This document shows positions 1 through 12,659 of a stretch of 64,000 nt of DNA, piece after piece. This stretch comes from Vermamoeba vermiformis (taxonomy: Eukaryota). The position numbers and the translations under genes are program-made. Each line of letters begins with the position of its first letter. Within the stretch, counting starts at the first letter, position 1. The notes beneath the pieces were generated by a model that saw only the letters and a list, made by a program, of their open reading frames with translations, searched no databases and had not been told where the DNA came from. The stretch lies in the NCBI GenBank assembly GCA_045837725.1, contig JBEWZL010000124.1, forward strand, positions 124,001 to 188,000, written 5' to 3'.

Positions 1-2078
1 ATTAGGGTTTGTCAAATATAGTCACCAACGATTATAACATGAATATATATACGATGTATAGTCTATTGTTACCTTGTTGATTTTTTTGGTTTGCAAAGTA
101 GCCACATCCGCGAAGAAAGATTTGAACTCAGGCTTGTACCTGTTATTAGCCTTATCTTCGAACACGGCAATAGCACCCTTATTGTTATTAGAGCCACAAT
201 AATATGACGCTGAGAAGAGTGTATACAGCTTGTCTTCGTGCCAGCTCAAGTACCCTTCGTCCACGAGTTCGTGAGATCTGATCACGAGCTCCAAGTTGTT
301 GTGCTTCAAAAAGTTACGAGTAGCAGCTGCTCCGAATCTAACTCCCGCGCCACGATCTGACGGCTCCCACTCATCGATTTCAACACTCGGGTCACTCCAG
401 ATAACTTGTTCCATGATGTGTTGTTCGCGGGTTGAAATATGTTTGTGACGAGGCAAGCCAATCTTACGGTTGATACTAAATATAGAATACATTAATACCA
501 TATATAGAATCATATTTAACAGGCGTTTATCTGTTGATCTAAAATTTTTTCGAATTTTTTAACTTACGATTGGATCTCCTTAATCGTGACATCGTTGAAG
601 CTGAACAGGCCACCTATATTAATAAATATTAATATGATATGTATATAAAGATAGGAGCTGCCGTCTTACCGTGCAAAATGAACACTTTGTCTTCAATCAT
701 CGCAGCCAAAGGCAACAACTTGAACGTGTCCTGAATGAGTTCGAAAATCTCACTGTCGTAGCGCTGTCGGATCTGATCTTCAAATTTGTACTTTTCGTTC
801 ATTCTGCGTGCTTCGTGATTGCCACGGTTCAAGAACACATTGTTCGGGAACGCTGCAAAAAAAAAAACCCAAAAATTACTAAATTTGTTCTTAAAGCATT
901 GTTTTTGTCATTACTATATGGTAATATCGTATTATCGTACCTAATCTCAAAGCATAAACCATGAACAAGACTTCAGGGCCGTGGAAACCTCTGTCTACAA
1001 AGTCACCGTTGAAAATGTACGAAACTTTCTCTGAGGGCAAACCTGCATATATAATATATATATTAGACACAATGCAAATATGATGCGTAAGAATTGAATT
1101 TAACGTACCGCCGAGATCCAACAAAGTAATCAAATCCGTTAATTGACCGTGAGTGTCTCCAACAACAATAACACGACCTATAAATAGTAATGCGTGCTAT
1201 TAATATTAAGTAGGTAAAATAAGATTAAATTAGCCTTTTCAGGAAAAGTTGAGAGTTTTAGCACGTGCTTTGGGTCATGTTTGAAAACGGTTCTAAAGTA
1301 TTCTACGTACCGCCCTTAGGAATAGGTACGCTAGATACGTTTGGAACGGCATCTAAATCCGTTTTAACGTGATTTAAAAGTTCGTAGGCGTATTTGTAGT
1401 GCAACAAATTGTTTTGTTTGTAATGATTCAGAAGGTTCTAAAAAACCGGTCAATATTAATAAAATATTATGATAATAGAACTATATCAATTTTATAACAT
1501 ACGGTAATGTCTTCGAGGGTTGGAGGAAACTTCAGATGCGGGCCTTTGTAGTCAGCGGGAATCTGGAATTTCTCCTCGCGTGTAACAGGCTTTCTGACCG
1601 GAATTGTTTGAAATACTATATCGCTAATGTCTCCATAGCAGTCTTCATTCGCAATAGTCATTTTTTCTAACGAGATGCGTTAGGAAGTTGTACAAATATC
1701 AAAGGTGGAATTCTACTGCAGTAAAGACTTAAAAATTGCAATATTAATATGATAATTCTTGGTAGTAATATAAATTAGCAATGATCACATTATTGAAGCT
1801 GTGTCGTTAGAGGTGGTTGAAGATCGAATAAATTTCAAAAAAAAAAAAGGGAATAAATATTTAGAAATTTGCAATTTACCTTCATGGTAGTCTAAATGAT
1901 TCCAAGTATCTTTGAATACATTTCTAATTAATTCTCGTTGCGACAGGTACCGTCTTGCGTATTTTTGAACAATAATCACGGATTTGACGTCGTATTTGCT
2001 CGCTTCCATTTTCTTTTGTCTTTTTTTGCTATTTTCCGAGTGATCGCTGTTTGAATTGTTGGACAAGCGACGCTTCAT
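1..2078 (-). CDS. PPP-family Ser/Thr phosphatase, PPEF/rdgC (PP5/PP7 branch)-like; multi-exon, 3' end probably runs off the left edge
   Basis: Spliced exons give GDTHGQ, NGDFVDRG, LNRGNHE, WSDP, IRSHE, TLFSASYY. N-terminal IQ-like motif IIVQKYARRYLSQR as in PPEF/rdgC. EF hands not seen in the window. Confidence 0.85.
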
Positions 2079-2406
2079 TGAGAGGACTGAAAAAACAACT
2101 ATTTTTTACGGATCAAATTATCTTTGCCTCTCATGCAACTCCCAACATTAGCGTATAAAGCCAAAGAAATTACGAACAACAAATTATAACATTATTGCGC
2201 TTATTTTAGTAATGATAGGACCAAGCCGCCAGATTCGTAAAGAGGTAACGTTTTTTGTTATCGGCTTGGGTAACGCAAAACAATTTTTAACTAATTTATT
2301 TCGTATTCCGTATATTACATCTAAAATTCTCTAATATATACTATAAATATTGACATAAAATTAATTTTTTTAGGGATCGAAAAAGATGCGGGTTTGGAAC
2401 TGAGCT

Positions 2407-3977
2407 TTAGCTTTCAATAGTGATTGGCTGCGCTTCTTTCGCATCTTCGTAAAACTGTTTGTACCATTTTCTGAAGGTCGCAATCGCACGATCAGTTTTG
2501 ACGAACATTGGGTTCTTCAAGTACTTCTTGTTGTTCCAGATCACCACGTCGCCTTCGTACAGATGCAAAAACTCGTTGAACATGATCTTCGCGACGAACC
2601 TTGGAATGTAGTGCACCAAGTACAGCATGTGGTACGATACTGTCACGCCTTGCTTGACCGGCTTGAGTGTTTGAACGAGTCTCATGAAGCCACCGGTGAA
2701 AGTCAAGAGCACGACGCCAGGGCCATGCTGCACGATGTCAGTGTCGAGAGATTGCACGCGCACACCGAGCACAAAGGCCTGCTCTGTCAGTCGCACGTGA
2801 GCCAAGTGCGGCGAGTTTGGATCTTCGCTTGGACGCCAAGACGCGTTCAAAAATCTATGAGTGATGAATGGCATGCTGCCTTTAACGTGCACGACGTTCA
2901 AGTGGCCGGCGTCTGGTCCGTTCTCATGCAAGTCCTGTGGAATAGTTTCAATTTCGTGCTCACTGACACCATGGAGAACCATCGAGGCATCAGCGATGAT
3001 CTCGGGTATGTCGTATTTGGGCGTTCTGTCTGCAGAGTTCCATATCAGCACCATGCCATTACGTTCTATCACTGGCCACGGCTTCAATTTGGCTGCATCA
3101 AATCGAAGGTAAGTTCCGGATTCGCACCATCGATTCATTATTTAAAAAATGACTTACCATTTGTAGGTATGCATGTATCTTCAATATCAGGTACTTTAAC
3201 GCATCGACCAGTGTTGCCTTCGAACTCCCAGCCGTGGAACGGACAGACCAGACAATCGCCGTTCACGATCGGACCGCCCTTGGTCAACTTAGCTCCCAGG
3301 TGCGGGCAATAGGCATCAAAAGCGGATACTATAGGTATTTGTAAGTATAAGAACTCGATATTGATATTTATTGCGCAATTTAAGGAAAAAGATTCGCGCG
3401 TAATGGAAATTGAAACTGATCCAAAATTTGTTTCAATTCAAATTTGCATTTTAATAATTCAATAACAATTCTAATATTGATTCAAGGCATTAAGATTATA
3501 ATATCATCTTAGTTACCTTTTCCTTCAGAATTTCTAAAGAAGACCAAATCCTCGCCGAAGATCTTCTCGTCGCGGTACTCTCCTTTCTTCAATTGGAATG
3601 ACGGAAAGGCGGCAAACCACCTGCAATAGACAATATCAGTTAATTGCTATCCAATTTATAAAGGTTTGTAGTTTCCGATCGATGGATCGAGACGGAGTTT
3701 TACCCCAATTTTACTTGTAAGTAATTTTAATTTGTATAACGAACATATTTAGTATTATTTATTATCGGCAGATAAATCCTTCGTACCCGACGGGAATTGG
3801 CGGCAATTGACCTCGGCGGATCTGCTCTTTCAATCTCCTAAGATTGCCTCCACCAAGTTGCTTCGCATTTCTCTTATATGAGTAGACTCGGAACAAAAGC
3901 TTGTATATCCGATGCAACAGTATGAAGGTGACAGCCATGGCAACAATGCCTAGTGGTACGATGATAACTAGATCCAT
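2407..3977 (-). CDS. nvd: Rieske-domain cholesterol 7-desaturase (Neverland/DAF-36-like), multi-exon
   Basis: N-terminal TM helix; Rieske motifs AYCPHLGA and CPFHGWEF (about 3225-3320); iron motif [14 protein letters not shown]-terminal [12 protein letters not shown] and FRKWYKQFY. Confidence 0.88.
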
Positions 3978-4345
3978 TTCGTGAACGCAAGAAATTATGA
4001 TTGGAGACGGTATGTGGCTTCTTGCGTAAATTATATGATAAAAATGATGTTTGGTACGGTTCGAAGATTAGGTCAGGGTTCGTAACAAGAATTTTTACGC
4101 AGCGAGTAAAAAGGAGAAAACAATATTCCGAGAGGCGCCTTAAACATTCATTTGGGCAATAATATGATCGCAACTGATAATTAGGAAAGGAGATATTACT
4201 AGTATAGTCCTAGTTATGACGAACACTTAAAAGCGGCTGTATTTCAAATTTATCATTTGAAATTATTTCAAATCAATTTTGATAACGCATAATATAATGA
4301 TAAACAAATAAAAACGCAAGCTTAGCCTGAATTTACATAGTTTTA

Positions 4346-6057
4346 TTAAGGAAATTCAAGCCCTTCAGGCGCAAATAATGAGCATAATACTGCAATTAGC
4401 ATCTGTGCGGCAATTCCTCGCTGCAGTAGTTTTCTATTAAGCGTGTCGAAGAAGGTATGCCAATAAGGGTTATGATTGTCGATTATATCTTCTACCGTAA
4501 GTTGCGCTGTGTAGTATTGTATCCGGACCGTTAAAATTTGGAACAGATTAATAAACATTGTCATCCATATTCTATTCGTCACTATATATTCTATAGCCAA
4601 GCTCCAATCGATTGCGTATACGAATAATATCGTTATTGCTGTTGTCATTGCTGTTGCTATTTTTAGACCAAAGTGATGTCGTCTAAACCAAAATGCTTCA
4701 AATAGCCATTCATAGCCCTCAATGCATCCACCTATAATCCAACATAATCCATTGTTGCGCCAATAATTTGGATATTGCCCAGCTAGCCAGATATAAACGG
4801 ATAAAAGCGATCCAACTAATGTCGTGCTGCCCACTTTGAAGAAAAGGGACTGTTCTCGGATAGATTTGACGAAAAACCAACAAAATAATGCTATAAGCGT
4901 ATATGACGTTAATACGCCTAAGAGATACAGATAGGGCGCTGAATTCGGATAACACTGAAGAAGAGCCCTAATGTCCATAACTAGGATTGGTCCATATACC
5001 AAAGCTAGCATCATCAATACGCCTAAAAATGGCATATTAAAAAATTGGTCGTATTTACGCTAGTGTTTTTTACCTAATCTCCAGTCAAGAAGTTTTTTGC
5101 CGCGTAATCGATAAATTTTGTTTAACGTAATTCCTTGAAATTGAAAATCATTTAGATCGGCAATGACGTCGTATTCTTCAGCAATGTTCTTCGTATTCAT
5201 AAGTGTCTTGGGGATCTTGATCTTTCGCTTTCTTCCAACAGACGCGTTGTTAAAAATAACGTATTTTTCATTCTCTCTTGACCACTTCAAACTCGTTTTA
5301 ACTGCATAACTGCACAACAAAAAAATTTTAAAATTCCAGCCAAGACCTATTCGTGGTGTGGTTCTTACTTTCCTACGTTGAGGTATCTGTAAGGCATGTT
5401 GAATCCGATCATTAGCGCCGTTTCTACTGCCACATCTAGCACTTTCTTATTCAATCGATTCGCCAAATATCTATCTTCAACGTGCCATTGCGGCTTGTAC
5501 GTGCTCTGAAAATTAGTTAGATCGGTTTGTAAGGTAGAATCCGATTGACCTTACAGGGTAAACATTGAATGAAGTTTCTTGTGGGCAACGAATATCTTTG
5601 TCCTTGGTCAAGAAGTTCTTCGCACCAAATCTGACATTTTAAAAAGTTTTAGTTTTCTTCAAATCACTCAATCACGTACTCTTTGTTACAGATAGCCGAG
5701 CTTAAGGAATGGATGCACGGATAATTATGCCATTGAGGATTGACTTGTGCGGCTGCTAATAAAGAAGGCAGATCTAAATAACTCATTATCTCTTCTACTA
5801 ATTCCTAAAATCCCGAATAAATTAGTTTACACAATATCCAAGCTTATTTTATCAAGGAGCAACTTTATAATTGTTTTTCTTACGTAGGGGAGCCGATCAA
5901 AATGCGAAGCAGATGTGTTGACGTTTGCTCGCTTCCTCGCGTAATATTGTCGCCTCCTATATTTGTAATATTTCCATAGAGCACTGACAAATGTAACTAT
6001 TAGGAGGAAAGCGAAGAATACGCGTGAGTATGGAAATGCAACTGGTGGATTCGTCAT
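4346..6057 (-). CDS. Hypothetical multi-pass membrane protein, probably one spliced gene
   Basis: ORF 5827-6057 (TM helix) plus short GT-AG-flanked exons at 5060-5760, then a hydrophobic 229-aa ORF at 4346-5035. Exon joining not fully resolved. Confidence 0.45.
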
Positions 6058-6173
6058 AACGTTTGCCAGGGCATTGGGTAACTAGTTACTTGTACAGTGT
6101 TATTGGCGGTGGTTAAATTGACAAAAGTAGTTTAGGACGGGAAATTGGGTTGGTTAAATTCTTGACTTCGACT

Positions 6174-7878
6174 GGGAGGCGTAAAACTCCTGTCGGTTTT
6201 CAATTTAAACCGACAGTTTTTTAAAGACCTACAATCCGTCTGTCTGCCGGTTTTCAGAAAATACGCCGGCGCGGACCTCAAACCGACATGAACCGCCGCT
6301 TTATATACCACAGAAGGCATGCAGAATAACGTTATTGTGCGGGTCATAGGCATATTCCGCCTTATTTCTCACCTTTAAACACCGTCAGCTTCGTGATCTG
6401 TCCTACTGTAAACGAATTTGGTGATGCTATGGTACGTCATTAATTTTAAAATTATTACCTGAATTTTATTACTGTTTATTAGTGTTAATTTCGTGATCGC
6501 TTTTGAAATTTTCCCAACTTTTGATCTGATCTCGTTCCGTTTAACAGCGAACCAAAAGTTCCTGATTTCGCCAAGCTGTTTTACTTTGCTTGAGAAAAAA
6601 TTACGGACAATTGCTGAGAAAGACAACACCCTCGAAAGATGGCTCAGCTGGATCGCAAAAGCAAGGGAACGACGATATACGTCTCATTACGGAGCTCACA
6701 AGAACGCAAGACATTAGTACTGTGGTGCTTCTTCCTGTTATTAATTATTAGTGCTTCGATATTGCTAGCAAAGAGGTTCAGTAAGTTCGATAACCGTATT
6801 CACTTCATTTGACTTACTATGTCGTATAGAGCCTCATATCATCACCAAGAGCATCAACGATAAGTAAGTAAATTTTGTAGACTGGTTTTGAGCTCAAAGA
6901 TATCGCTCTACTTTTATCGAAATCAGATCTTAACACGTGCGCACTTTTGGAAAAAACAGCACAAGAACAGACAAAATCAGCCGAATAAGACTGTACTAAT
7001 TTTGTGTATCAAAGCGAAACTGATTACAGTCTTTATGATGCTCCTGGGCGAACTACTGCCAAAGAATACCCCGTGCCACATGCTGATGAAGTACAAACAA
7101 TATCTCGCAATCTGTTTGCGACCCGGACAGAAAATAAAGGTACGAAAAAAAATTATATAATGCTGGTTTATACTGAAGCGATATCTAATGATATTTCGAG
7201 GTTCCAGAAGTGCTTGTTGATAAATTTCAACAACGCGAGATCAAGATCGTTCATGGCAAAGCTTCCAAAGAGAGCATTATTATGCTATCAGCCATCAGAA
7301 GATCAACGCATAGCTATTCATCCGAGAATCGATTTGATCACCCCTTAAATAAGATAATTTTGCCCGATCCGTCCACAACGATCCGAAAAGCATTCCCACC
7401 TTATTGAAGATGACATCAGCTCTTGTTGGAATCTATTAGCTACACTGAGGAGGAATTAATCACAAAAATGATTGGTACTGGGCGACGAAACAAAATAGTA
7501 CCAGTGGTGAAACAATCTTGATCTGGATTCGATCGCGGCCAGGAAAAACGAGCCTTGGGAATGACCAAACGTAAGTTAATTAGCCTGTGATAATAATAAA
7601 CTGGCAGAGATACGCAAGGAGTATTCGTTTGAAATACCTGACGCTGATCTGCAGCGATTCTTGGTAGATTCGTTGTTGTAACAATAAATTTATTTTATTT
7701 CACTCCGCTACTACTTTGTGGTTCAATTCCGTGGCTCCAGAGCTTCGATAAGCGAACAAAACCGACACCAACCGACGGAATTAAAACCGACGGAAGAAAA
7801 CCGGCAGACAGACGGATTGTAGGTCTTCAAAAAAACTGTCGGTTTAAATTGAAAACCGACAGGAGTTTTACGCCTCCC
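6174..7878. mobile_element. Non-autonomous TIR DNA transposon, 1705 bp (Mutator- or Merlin-like)
   Basis: TIRs of about 82 bp at 6174-6255 and 7796-7878 (GGGAGGCGTAAAACTCCTGTCGG..., one substitution and one indel). 8-bp TSD CTTCGACT at 6166-6173 and 7879-7886. Repeated AAACCGAC motifs. No intact transposase ORF. Confidence 0.92.
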
Positions 7879-8151
7879 CTTCGACTGGATCAACCACGTT
7901 TACTGCGTGTATGGCGGTCGAGCGTACTAATCGTACTAGAAATTGAGATGTTATGTAACATATCAGCCATAATACTTCGTTTAGCCAAAAATAGTAACCA
8001 CGCTGCAATTCTGGTTTTATTCTGGCGCCCTGAAAACACATTTGATTCTACAGCCAAAACAAAGCGGTTCTGTCATTTTTCGCATAATCGTTAATTTAAA
8101 AGTCAATCGCACCACGAATCTTAATCCTATTCAAATTTTGAATTTACGAAA

Positions 8152-10758
8152 ATGATTAAAGGCATGATTGACAAGGTGTTTGGCTCCACAGAGGGTATGT
8201 ACCGTCTAAATATTAAGGCTAGCATTATAAGGTGTTGATCACGACGATCGTGGACCATAAATGTTTATAGAATTGTAAATCTGAAATTCTAGATTGTGAT
8301 CCGTCGCTTGATCTGCTCTTATTTATGCGATCCTTGCTGTTAGAAATATTAAAAATATTAATTACTATTTTTAGAGGTCAAATTCAACAAATCAGATGAT
8401 TCTGCTGGTTGCACAACTCTCGTTGCCGTTGATTATTCTGGATCTACCGGTGGCAGCGCTCATTATTGGAATGCCGTTGAGCGCATCGTTAATGATATCC
8501 CTAGAGATAGTTCTACTTCATATTTGCTTTGGGATTCTTCATCTTATCCCGTTACCTACGACAAGTTGATCGCCAACTGCAAGAGCCGAACTGGAAACGG
8601 TGGAACTAACCCTGAAGAAGTCGCGACATATATTTCGAAGAAATTGAAGGACCAAGAAATAATTCTGCATTTATTTACCGACGGACAAGTTGGCCAAGGA
8701 TCAGTTACTGCTTGCGACACCATTATTAAGCAGCATAACCTCAAGTTCAAGAAGGTCTACGTGCACTTCTATAATACTGGTGGCGTTATCAATCTTTCGG
8801 TATCAGCTCCGTTCACTCGCAAATGCGCTTTCGAGATCTGCGTTGACGGAAATAGAATTGCCGACGGAAATTCTCGCGAAGAAGTGGATCTGAGCAAGTG
8901 GGAAGACCTCGATTATTTCTTGGAAAACTACGAGAAGTTGAAAGGAACAATCGTCATGCAAAACCTCGGCGTTATGAACAACGACTTGCGTAACCAATTG
9001 TTGGAGCTCAAAAAGAAACTTTTGGCTGCCTATGTCAAGAAAGGATTCAGCGGAGAATCGGAAAAACCTTTAATGGACGCCTTGAGCAGCGGAGATTACG
9101 CACGTGCATTGAAAGAAGTCAATTCTATGGTCGTGGCTTATCAGAGCAAGATGGACGGTCCAAAATTGATCGAAAAGGCTATCGGTGACATGGTCACTGC
9201 TTGCACTTCTCCGGGAAATTTCAGCTTCGATTTGATCAAAGGATCACGTGCTGAACGCGCCGAGATGGTCTCTGACATGCCCGCAGAACAAGTCGAAGAA
9301 GTTTTGGCCAGTGAAAAAACCTTCGAGTGCCCGATCATGCTCGACTCTGACGTTCCCGCGCTGTTGATCGCTAAGCCTGATTTACCAATTTTGGCAGGAT
9401 TGGAAAAAGATATCGTGGACGACATCATCAACTGCCCGCTCAACCTCTGGAAGTACAACGACCTCGTGACGAAAGTAGCACAGTTGTTGGACCACCCTGT
9501 TGGCTGTCAGTCGCTCAAAGGCGGCCTCTTCGAGACCTCACCGCTCACTCGACGAGAATTAGTCGGGGCTGTCACGCTCGGTGCTGCCGAAGACCACTGC
9601 AAAGCGACTAATTGGACCTTGGCTCAAGTCTTCTCAGGCGGAAAATTGCTCGGAAATCCTGATTTGTGGACTGTCCTCGTGTACTACATTGCCCAAAAAC
9701 GTGTCAACTATTTGTCCGAGAACCAGGACTTGATGACCAGCTTCGCGAGCCACTTGAAGTTCCGATTAATGAAGAACAAAACCAACTTGGGTCTCTCCGG
9801 TCTGCCCGACTTCCCGTTAATCAAGGTCCCAGTCGCAGCTGCTCTTTGGTACTGCGTGGCTTCAGGCGACATTTACGCGGAAAAAAATCACGCGCAAGAT
9901 CGATTACGCGCATTCGGAGGCATCGGCGAGATCTTCGTGCATATGTTAGACGTGCTTGGATTGCCTTATGATAAGGAATATACTCACGACCGATTGAAGT
10001 TGTTGCGCGTCTATGGATGGATGATGTCGCAAAAATTGAACAAAGCCAAGTTGTTGGATCTGTTGCGCTCGTACTACCAGAACCACATCTACTTGGTCAA
10101 GAAGGAACGATTCATTTTCTTAGACGGCCCTGCACCTGCTGAACGTAATCCTAACGCTCCGACCTTGCCCGAGTTCACTCAAGGCGTTCCATTCGAAGTT
10201 CTCGTCACGATCAGCAACTTGGTGGATCCGTTGAAAAAGAGCGGAGATGTTATTATTGAGAAGTACGTGGCTCCTACTCGTATTCACTTTAAGAAGAACT
10301 ATGGATACCCTGCTAACTGGACCAAAGAACAAATTTTGGATAAACAAGCGAAAGTACAGATCTGCCCGATGACTTTCCGTCCATATTTCATCGATCCTAT
10401 TAAGCATAAGCATTGGGAATTGTGCGTCGAAGAGACATGGGAATGCTCCTTAGACAAGATGCTCAGTCTCAAGAACTACTACATCCGCTACGTGATCGAA
10501 AATATGCAGTTCCCTACCCACGAAGAGCTTATTGAATTTTTATACGACAAGCAGCGCAACAAGGAATCGAATGCTATGGATACTTTGCCTCAATACACCG
10601 AAATGTTTGTCAACGACATGATCTCGCAGATCGAAAAAGCAATTAAGGCCAACGAAGAAAAATTTGGCGAGAAAGTTACCGTAGAAAAGTTTAAACAAAT
10701 TGTTGAGCGCAGTCGTAACCGCGAAGAACGAGAAAAGATTGAAAAGGAATGGAAATAG
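8152..10758 (+). CDS. VWA-domain protein with split U-box-like motifs; baculovirus p94-like; 2 exons
   Basis: ATG 8152, intron about 8195-8374, then open to TAG 10758. MIDAS VAVDYSGS and LFTDG; FECPIML...TSPLTRREL. The p94 resemblance is recalled, not searched. Confidence 0.7.
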
Positions 10759-11062
10759 ATCCGAAAGGCTTCTTTTTTGTTAATAAAACCTCACTTTAAT
10801 TAATAATCGGTGTGAGCATAATTGGAAGCGAATTTCGATCTTTGCAGGATTTTGGGCCAAATTCCTTCGGAGACTAATTGCACGGCGACAGCGGAAAAAT
10901 GGCGCCTTTTTTTTTTAATTTTTCTGTTCTTGTGCAACACACGCGCAACCTGCAGCACAGTTTCTGCTTATAGTTAGCTTAATTGTTGTTATTTTTGCAT
11001 TGCCGCGAGACTACAAGCCCTTCATAACCTGCTTTGCGAATCCAACCTGTTCGCCTCCGATC

Positions 11063-12465
11063 ATGGAAAATACGCCCATTTTGGACGAAGGTAAATATAG
11101 TGCTTACGTTTCGAAATATTTAAGTATCCAAATCTAATTTCATATTAGATTTTAAACGAAGACTAACGTTAAAAATTATTCAGCTGGATTTGGAAACTTT
11201 GAATCAACGCAATTAGCAGACTGGGCCCGAAAAATATTAGCGAATGAGGTAGAGAAGGTAGAGTCTCGGAGGGACTTACTGGCCAAAATGTCCTAGATCT
11301 GGATCATCAAGCGTTTTTTGCCGTACTTCAACGCGCTGGATTCAAATCAGGACCGTTACAAACTCTTTGGAAGCAAATCCAACGCATCAAACAACAAAAG
11401 ACAGGTGCGTAGCATCTAATCTATTAATGAATCATTTTAACTAATATAATATTATTAAGAACAACCTGCGCCTCTCTTAGAAAAGTTTACGACAGTAAAC
11501 TCAACCTTTGCTGTTTAAGCGCTACGTCTAATTTATTTATTAGAAATATCATCATGACAACTATGATGCATTGTTACGCACGGACAACAATCGCGAGATT
11601 CACATCACTACTCAAATTGTTGCAAAGACCAGTCGATCAATGATACTGAAAGCAAGTTGGCCAGAAACAAATCAATTTGTTTGCGTCAAGTGTTGTCGTG
11701 GTGTAGATACCTCTTTGAAGAACGAAATTGATGTTTTGAAACAACTCAATGCCGCCAATGTGCCTAATGTACCACAGCTACTAGCAAGCGGCTATTTGCA
11801 CCAGAATGGTGAGAGATATTATTGCTTTGTAACAGATAGGGTAAGCTTAAGATCGTCGTGGAGATTGTAGTTTGTATGGTCTTTCTGGGAAATTTCGTAC
11901 AGTTTGGCGAGAGTGTTACTTCACTGTTGCCCTTGCCATTTGCTGAGGTGCAGAACATGGCTAGCGATGTATTGCAAGCGTTGGAGAACATACACAAACT
12001 TGGGTTCGTTCATTCGGACGTCAAACCTGCAAATATCGTGCGCAAATGGGACGAATCTTTGCAGCAGTATCGTTACATCCTGATTGATTTTGGACTTTCA
12101 TTCCTTGAAGGGTCGATTAAAGACGACAATTGGGGCTGTAGTATTGAATACGCATCAATAGAAATGCTCAACGGAAATGTTCCTGCAAGTCCCTGTGTTT
12201 AATACTTATTTTATTAACTTTAATGTAGACAAGTAAAGACGATTTGAAGGCATTATGGTACACTGTAATGCATGCACTGACCGGTTCGTTACCTTGGCAA
12301 CATGTCTTCATGTCAGCGGAATTAACAAAGAGGCTCAAAGAGGCGTGGAAAGATGAGTTGATGTATCAAGAGAATCAAGGCTACACAAAGCTCGTCCAGT
12401 TGTATGATGCAATGGACGTGCTCTCACCACATCAAGCATGGGAACAATACTTAATGACTCAATAA
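11063..12465 (+). CDS. Ser/Thr protein kinase, multi-exon; N-terminal exon structure ambiguous
   Basis: VCVK, NEIDVLKQL, HSDVKPANIV, LIDFGLS, YASIE, DDLKALWY in exons separated by GT-AG introns. Confidence 0.8.
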
Positions 12466-12659
12466 TAGACTCAGTTTGTGCCACGATGGACAGGCTCTCA
12501 CTTAAAGACAACTTGATTTCATTGTCGATGTATATTACGTTGCAAAGTGACGTAGCAAATGCATGGTTCTACAAATGGTTGATGCTGCTCATCCATTGAC
12601 TACATTGATAACACTCTTCGACGAACGCTAGTCGGGCTGTAATAAACTTCTCTTTATTC

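Noticed and set aside
2563-3312. 249-aa plus-strand ORF, and similar antisense ORFs over the lyase, pol and LRR genes
   Set aside because: Shadow ORFs opposite well-supported genes, with no recognisable motifs.
6132-6353. ORFs 6132-6353 and 7849-8094 sharing KTDRSFTPP, and ORFs 53044-53517 and 54504-54698 sharing GRNFFKGQNG
   Set aside because: The shared peptides are just translations of the terminal inverted repeats.
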